Source: Anthoceros angustus (taxonomy: Eukaryota; Plantae; Anthocerotophyta). Taken from it: DNA of 64,000 bases. A program made the position numbers and the translations under genes. The stretch is from assembly GCA_010909165.1 (NCBI GenBank), contig VJWM01000240.1:124001-188000 (forward strand), written 5' to 3'. Each line of letters starts with the position of its first letter. Position 1 is the first letter of the stretch. Positions 56,420-64,000 of the stretch are shown in pieces. The notes under the pieces are model-generated. The model was not told the DNA's origin and ran no database searches. It was given only the letters and a program-made list of their open reading frames with translations.

Positions 56420-59400
56420 ATGAGGTGTACATGTATTGTCCATGCCGTCAGTGTGTGGAGACCTCTTCCGAGCGGATTCCAGCACACATCTCAAGGCTGC
56501 TTTTCTGGCTACGGCTGCCGGCGGTAGAAGGTCCTTTCCTTTCAACATTCCACTTCCATATTTGCACTAATGTCGGTTTTTCGCATGGCGGCAAGTTCGG
56601 TCATGGACGATGGCGGTGGCCTTGAGGCGTTTCCGCACCCAGACGGACGGGAATCGAGCTCCGGTGGAGTGCGAAAGGGGCGGCGATGGCAATGGGGACG
56701 ACCATAGTGGCGCTCGAGGATAGCGGCATGGGGAGGCAGGTTGTGAAGACGAACCCGACATGCACTCCTGGGCGACTTGCTAGAAGCAACGGATCATGCC
56801 CTGCGGGGCGGAAGAGAAACCGCCAGCCGGGGCGCGACGCCTTTATACCACTGAGGAAGGACTAAAAGCGAAAGAGCGGGCTAAGCGCCACTCTATTGTT
56901 GTCTCGTGGCAAACCATGTATGACATCGATGTGGTCGCATTAACAGCCCTCTTAAAGCTCTTAAGTGTGGATTTTTGCGATTCGAGCAGTCGAAGGACAT
57001 GTACGAGGCCAAGTCACTTGCTATTTGGCCCCGGATATGAGAAAATCCATGCTTGTGAGAAAATGCGTTACATTCGAGTCTGAGGGCGCAACCATTGCCC
57101 AAAGTGTGGGACAGGTTCGAGGATGGGTTTGATGAGCAGGGGAGTCCTCGGAAGGTCCTCGGCATTTTCCCTTGAAACCGCGACTGAAACGCATGTTTCG
57201 AATGGCGGAAATAGCACAATTGATGACTTGGTATGTCGGGAGGCAAAGCGAGAATGGGGACATGTCCATGATGGCGGATACCCCAGCATGGAGAGCACTA
57301 GATGCAGTTGATGGTTTCGGCGATGAGCCGAGGAACTTGAGGTTAGCATTATCCACAGACGGGTTCAACCCGTTTGGCCACAGGTCTGCAAACACGTCCA
57401 TATGGCCGGTTTTGGTATTTGTGCACAACATGCCACCTTGGGCCAGCACAAAGGACGCGCATGTCATCATGCCTCTGATTGTGCCAGGGCCGGGGATGGT
57501 TAAAAATTTCGATGTCTACATGGCACCCCTGGTAGATGAACTCGAAGAGTTATGGAGGGGGGTGGACATGGAAGATTTCTCAATCTTTAAACCATCCTAA
57601 GAGGCATTTCAATTCTGTGTGATTACATCATTGCCGATTACGGGGTTGGGGACCCAGGATTGCAAGTGAGAGGAAGCGGCGTGTGTCGATTCTTGGTGGA
57701 CCTTGATTCTCGCTATTCAGATTTGAAAAGCCCGTTTATGTCGGATCGCGTCGGTGGCTACCGATATGGGATGGCGGTGGGAGGATGCAGATTGGTTTGA
57801 TGGACTGGCGGACCTCCGATCCAAACCGAGGCCGCCAACGTTCGATGATATTGTGACGGATATGGCACGCAGAGAAGCTGCGACACCTGCAGACGTCCGT
57901 CAGCGGGGCAACTTTGGAACCAGGAGAATGTCGTCCTTGTTCAGAGTCCTGCCATATTGGCGTCACATGCTTGTGTGGGCGCCAAAGGATGTGATGCACG
58001 TGGAAAAAAACAATGCAGAGGCCATATGGCACAGCGGGAGGCGAGATGACATCGCGCATGGACATGGAAGCAAGCGGAGGAAAAGATGGTTGTGGCACAT
58101 GGGTGACGATGGCGGTGGCCTTGAGGCGTTTCCACCAGACGGACGGGAATCGAGCTCAGGGGTGAAAGGGGCGGCGATGGCAATGGGGACCGACCATAGT
58201 GGCTCGAGGATGTGGAGCATAGAGGCGGACGGGTTGTGAAGGCACCCACATGCACTGGGCGACTTGCTAGAAGCAACGGATCATGCACTCGGCGAGGGAA
58301 CCGAAGAGCGCTTGGCAGGCGACGCCTTTATACCACTTTGAGGAAGGACTAAAAGCGAAGCGGGCTAAGCGCCACTCTATTGTTGTCTCGTGGCAAACCA
58401 TGTATGACATCGGTGGCGTCGCATTAACCCTCTTAAAGCTCTTAAGTGTGGATTTTTGCGATTCGAGCAGCTACAAGGACATGTCGAGGCCAAGTCCTGC
58501 ACCTATTTGGCCCCGATATGAGAAAATCCATGCTTGTGAGAAAATGCGTTACATTGGCGTACGGGGGCGCAACCATTGCCCAAAGTGTGGGACGCGTTCG
58601 AGGATGGGTTTGATGAGCAACGGGATTCCTCGGAAGGTCCTCCGGCATTTTCCCTTGAAACCACGGTAACGCATGTTTGAATGGCGGAAATAGCTCGATT
58701 GATGACTTGGTATGTCGGGAGGCAAAGCGAGAATGGGGACATGTCCATGATGGCGGATACCCGGCATGGAGGCACTAGATGCGCTTGATGGTTTCGGCGA
58801 TGAGCCGAGGAACTTGAGGTTAGCATTATCCATGACGGTTCAACCCGTTTGGCTGTCTGCAAACACGTCCATATGGCGGTTTTGGTATTTGTGCACAACA
58901 TGCCACCTTGGGCCAGCAAAGGGCATGTCATCATGCCTCGATTGTGCGGGCGGGGATGGTTAAAATTTCGATGTCTACATGGCACCGGTAGATGAACTCG
59001 AAGAGTTATGGAGGGGTGGACATGGAAGATTTCTCAATCGATAAACCATCCTAAGAGGCATTTCAGTTCTGTGTGATTACATTGCCGATTACGGGGTTGG
59101 GGACCCAGGATTGCAAGTGAGAGGAAGCGGCGTGTGTCGATTCTTGGTGGACCTTGATTCTCGCTATTCAGATTTGAAAAGCCCGTTTATGTCGGATCGC
59201 GTCGGTGGCTACCGATATGGGATGGGCGGTGGGAGGATGCGATTGGTTTGATGGTGGCGGACCTCCGATCCAAACCGAGGCCGCCAACGTTCGATGATAT
59301 TGTGACGGATATGGCACGCAGAGAAGCTGCGACACTGCAGACGTCCGTCGGTGCAACTTTGGAACCAGAGAATGTCGTCCTTGTTGATCACGCCATATTG

Positions 59401-61010
59401 GCGTCACATGCTTGTGTGGCGCCAAAGGATGTGATGCGTGGAAAAACAATGCGAGGCCATATGGCACAGCGGGGAGGCGAGATGACATCGCGCCAGCATG
59501 GACATGGAAGCAAGCGGAGGAAAAGATGGTTGTGGCACATGGGTGACGATGGCGCATAGCGCCGTCGTTTTGTCCGTCGGACTTGAAGACCGTGATTGAG
59601 GGCATTAAACGCATCAAGCGCCCACGGGCTATGGGTCCAACATAGCTAAGGTGGAAAGCGGGAAAGTTGGCGGCTGAAGTGCCATGGGGCACATTATGTT
59701 GGAAATCATATTCCCCATCGTCTCCGGTGCATAGAGCGAGAGGTGTACAAGGCGGTTGTAAAGCTAGGGCCTTCGGTGGATTTGCCCGGACGATCAGTCG
59801 GGACATCCAAGCACGCCGCGAGAGGCGATGAGGGTAATGTGCTCTCTGGAAGCAATTTCCCTAAGATGTTTGATATATCAACCCACCTCATACTACACTT
59901 AGTGGACGAGGTGGCGCTTTGGGCCAGTTCACACTAGGTGGATGTACCGGTGGAGAGATATTTAGGATCCGAGGCGCGGACGGTGCGGCAGTAGCGACCC
60001 GAGTCGATATAGCGGTGGGGTACATGCGTGAGGAGAGTTTGCATTTCGGCATGACATTTCTCCGCCGTTATTACGCTCACGTGGGAGAAGCATGGACTGC
60101 AGACGAACGGATAGGGGAGAAGGTGCTGGGTGTCGGCCGTGCGTACATTATGGATGCCGTGGAGGCGCGACAAGCGCATACATATGTGCTATATCACACG
60201 GAGGTGATGCAGCCGTTTCTGGACATGTACGAGGAAGAAGTGAGGACATACGGTGCAAGGGAAGGTCGGCGGACTTTCAGACACTGGATCCACGGAAGAA
60301 GGGCTATGAACGCATGGGATGGGCATCCAGGCATGACCCATGAAGTGACCGCAATCATGGATGGCTGCGTTGCAGCGGTGGCACATAGTCACATGTGGAA
60401 CAAAGGCGACCACCTCGAGCAGTGGAGGCGCGGCGCATACATATGTATATCACGGAGGTGATGCACGTTGGACATGTACGAGGAAGAAGTGAGGACATAC
60501 GGTGCAAGGAAGGTCGGCGGACTTTCGAGGGATCCACGGAAGAAGGGCTATGAACGCATGGGATGGGCATCCTTGCATGACCCATGAAGTGACCGCAATC
60601 ATGGATGGCTGCACAGCGTGGCACATAGTCACATGTGGAACAAAGGCGCCACCTCGAGCAGTGGAGGCGGACAAGCGTCGCGGAGTACAAAGGATAGTCA
60701 GTCATAAGTTTATCATGATGGGGCGGTGGCGGCCACGATGAAGAGGAGCGCCCGTTCTACGGGCACATAGAGCAAATACTCCGCCTGCGGTTCTCGCAGG
60801 AGTATCAACCAATTCTGTTGAAGGTTCGATGGTACGAGTGTCAGCCAGGAGGGACAAGGCCATCCCTACGAAAGTCGTACACCGGATTTGATATTGTAAA
60901 CACGGGAAAGTTTGCGCCTACAGAGTGCGCTCAATCGATGGTCCGTTTGTGTGGCCGTCGCAGGTGAATCAGTGCATGCTGCATCCGGAGACGATGGATG
61001 GTAACATAGT
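56420..61010 (+). mobile_element. CACTA (En/Spm) TnpD-type transposase, degenerate and internally duplicated
   Basis: YCPCRQC (transposase-associated domain), YEKIHAC, CPKCG, RNLRLALSTDGFNPFG...WPV...NMPPW...FDVYMAPLVDELEELW (Transposase_21), FDISTHLILHLVDEV (DUF4218-like), FYGHIEQI..LLKVRWY..PFVWPSQV (DUF4216-like). Confidence 0.92.
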
Positions 61011-64000
61011 GGGCCATCGCTGCGTACCGGCGAGGATGGAGGATGAGGAGGCGGGGAGAGGCATGGCAGCGTGGCGGTGGCCTAGGCGTCGATGGAGGGG
61101 CACCTTTCCGGAGAAGTGAGCAAAGTAACCAACGTCCTGCGCAAAACAACGTTGTCTTTAGTGGCGATTCGATGAAGGCGATGATTATCGGCATCAAGCA
61201 TTGATGTGCGCGGACTGCATATGGGCAATATACTACATCTTTGTCAATATAAAAGCGTATGTGATTACGGTGAAGCGAGAAGTGCAGTGAGGGCGTTGAT
61301 CTCCGTGAAACAATAAATGATGGGGCGCCTACTTTGCCAACAAAGCCTTTTCCTATGAAGAGCTTTGAATTTTGCGAGGCGACCATTGGCTTGGCAACTG
61401 CGGGGGGCAAGCCAATGCCTTGGCATGGGGCGATGGTGCCCGGCAGGCAATGGCAATGGAAGCGGCCGCGGAGTTTGGAGACGCCGTGCTGAGCTAAAAC
61501 CCGGCGGCGTACGGCGTCGCCGACGCCAAATGGGTGCGTGGGGAGGATGAGAGGGCAAGCTCGGATCGGGCTATCTCGGTCATCCACCCACACCTAACCC
61601 TCACGATCGAGCGCACGCAAGAGAGCCACCTCGTCCCACAAAGGGACATCGAGAGTTGTGGGGAGAGTGGAAAATGGCAGCACCAATGGCGGTTGAGGAC
61701 ATGAGGCGTGGAACATCCGGCCCCCGAGGCGGACTTGGAGCATTGCGTCGTCGGTTCACGAAGTGGATGATGATGTTTCTTGTCAAATGAGGTGGGTGGT
61801 TCGAGACTAGATTGAGCGAGCGTGTTCGCCATTTGACACGTTGATGCAATTTGTTTGCGGACGTTGCGGTGCACCTTGGCATCTTGGCATGTTCATGCGG
61901 AGGACATATGGAGGCAGCCCATGGCAACACGGGAGGTGGTGGCGGCTGCGAAGGCAAGCGAAAGGCGTGGGCGGGGCGGCAACCCGTGTGGGCGGGCGGC
62001 CCGCGCGCACAAGAACCGGATGAGGAATGGCGGACAATTCCGGCGGTGAATTGACAAGCGGGAGGCGTGTGAGTGATCTTGATGGAGTGGTTTGTGAGGT
62101 GGACAACGATGCACGGTGACTTGATAAAAGGCATGGCGTGAAATGGTGAAGGAGGCCTTGCAAAACAAAGGACAGGAGGAAGGGAATCCGATGTTGTTGG
62201 TCGGCGAAGCAAAGAAGCTGGAGTGCGGACAAAGGTTGTGAATGAACGGGTACATGGCAAGATGGCGCGTTAGGAGGGAAAAACGGTTAGTGAAATCGGT
62301 GTCGGCGCCTTCCCGACCGGTGGTAAAGTCCAGCATAAGCCGACACTTCGCATGACTCGCGCGCAATTCTCGTTGTGTGGGCGCAAAGCGGCATTAGAGG
62401 AAAGGGACCGGAGGGGAGGAAGAAGCCGAGCATGGTGGACGAGGAAGAGTGGGAAGATGCCCTTGCAGGCGCGGATGCATGAAAGCGGAAGTTTGAGCCA
62501 TCAAGTATGAACTTGCAGCTAAAAGAGTGGCCAAAAGCGGTGGGATGGGGCCAAACCCTTGGGGAAAGGGAGGCCTGGATGGGTGGTTGGTTTGAGAAGA
62601 AGCATGGTAGGTACCCAACAAGAGGAGGCTGAATATGGGAGGTGAGAGGGCGATCTCCATGCAACCTCTGGGCGGTTCGCGATAAGGCGGTTGTCGAGTT
62701 CCCTCTGAGTAAGACATGGAATACATGAAAACACCCCAGGTTCAGGCTATTGCCGAGAGAACAAGGGAAATGACTATTTTGTTGAATGACATGGAATTGG
62801 AGATGGATCCGGATCGGTGGCGTTTAGACGAAGGATGGAAGGCAGGGGAGCCGCTTGAGCGAGGTGGTGGTGTGGATGTGGAGGGATAACTAGGAGGACG
62901 GAGGAATGCATTGGGGAGATCGAGGCGGAGACATCTAACAGAATGGAAGGGAGGGGGCAGGCATGAAGGTGGGATGGTGGAGGTGGAAACAGTGCGGGCG
63001 GGAGGCTATCACGAGCAATGACATCGTGGTGCCGACGACACCACGATCACCCGATGGTGATGGACCATGCATGCCTGGTGATAGTGTGAATGAAGGCGTG
63101 TGAGCGGATGTATGTAGGAGAGGGCGCGGCCACGACGGACTCGGAATTGGGGGGTGCCGTCACCGTCAAGTTCCAGCCATGGCCGTAGGAAGGGAGGACT
63201 TGGTATCACCGAGTGGCTAGGCAGTTAACGAAGGAGGGTGTGTCAAGAGGGCAGTGGTAAAGGCGTGTGTTGGGAGGGTGCCGTCGCCTAGTGACTGACG
63301 GTGCACATTGTGGACGGAGTTGGGGTCGGAGGAGTGACCAGGGGTGAGCATGAGGGATGGAATTGGAGGCGGATGATGCAGCAGGAGGCAATTGTGTCGT
63401 CACCAGAAGGAACATGCATGGGTCAGCGTGGGCTGAACAAAGCGGTGGGAGTGGGAGGATCGGTGGCGGATCGAGGAGAGGCGGGTCCCATAGCGGCATG
63501 GTCGTGGTGGGGGCCAAAAGGCGTGGCAGCCATGAGGGAATTGTCGAGGGAGGGAGAAAGAGGCGGCAAAGGGGTACATGCGATGGCGATGGCAACAACG
63601 ATGGCGCAGATGATGAGGCAGGGACGAATTGAGGTGTGCCCGTGCAGACACATACGCGCACTCCGTGAAAGCATGGACCTCCAGTGAGGCCCCATTGGAG
63701 GCTCGCCACGGTGACAAAGGTGGAGGCCGAAGAGGAAAGCGGGGAGGTGCGGTGGAGGCATCGGCGGGGCCGTGTCACGAGGCGGGGCAGCCATGGAAAG
63801 AGCGAGGATGGAAGGAGCGGTGAGCAAGAGGTACATAAGCGGATTCAGGGAAGGTAAGCAATTGAAGGTCGTTGTGCACACCTATATGCTGGACATGTCT
63901 TGAAGGGCATGCTGCGATGTATGTGCGTGGGTGCGTGCGGAAGGGAGATGGATGCGATGGAAAGGGCAAAGCTGGTCGCGGACGAACGCAAGAGGAAGGG
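61010..64000 (+). mobile_element. probable downstream part of the CACTA element, degenerate
   Basis: Purine/GC-rich, coding-like but fragmented sequence directly after the transposase; no motif recognised with certainty. Confidence 0.35.

Overview
Eukaryotic nuclear DNA from a land plant. Short 70-115 nt introns, tight gene packing and an intronless PLS-class PPR gene with extended L motifs point to a non-seed plant, most plausibly a hornwort (inference). About 1-40.5 kb is gene-rich: a Gnk2/DUF26-like secreted protein, tRNA-Glu(CTC), a 4-exon MMgT/EMC5 gene, a PLS-E+ PPR gene head-to-head with an intronless fungal-looking 2OG-Fe(II) dioxygenase, a 2-exon twin-Cx9C gene and an intronless WEE1. 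The main observation is a family of seven related ORFs with intronless CDS: six in tandem on the minus strand at 4.2-17.4 kb and one inverted at 36-37.6 kb. They share an unnamed ~200-aa domain resembling the plant mobile domain (PMD)/DUF1985/Transposase_32 group, followed by a basic disordered tail. About 24.3-35.8 kb is a decayed tandem-duplicated mosaic of PPR, mTERF and 2OG-dioxygenase fragments with a Gln/Ala-repeat ORF and a solo LTR. About 40.5-64 kb is repeat-derived: a LINE RT remnant, an OTU-protease ORF and a large degenerate CACTA element whose indel-rich internal duplications may partly be assembly artefacts. All calls come from reading the sequence by eye; no searches were run, and repeat or block boundaries are approximate.
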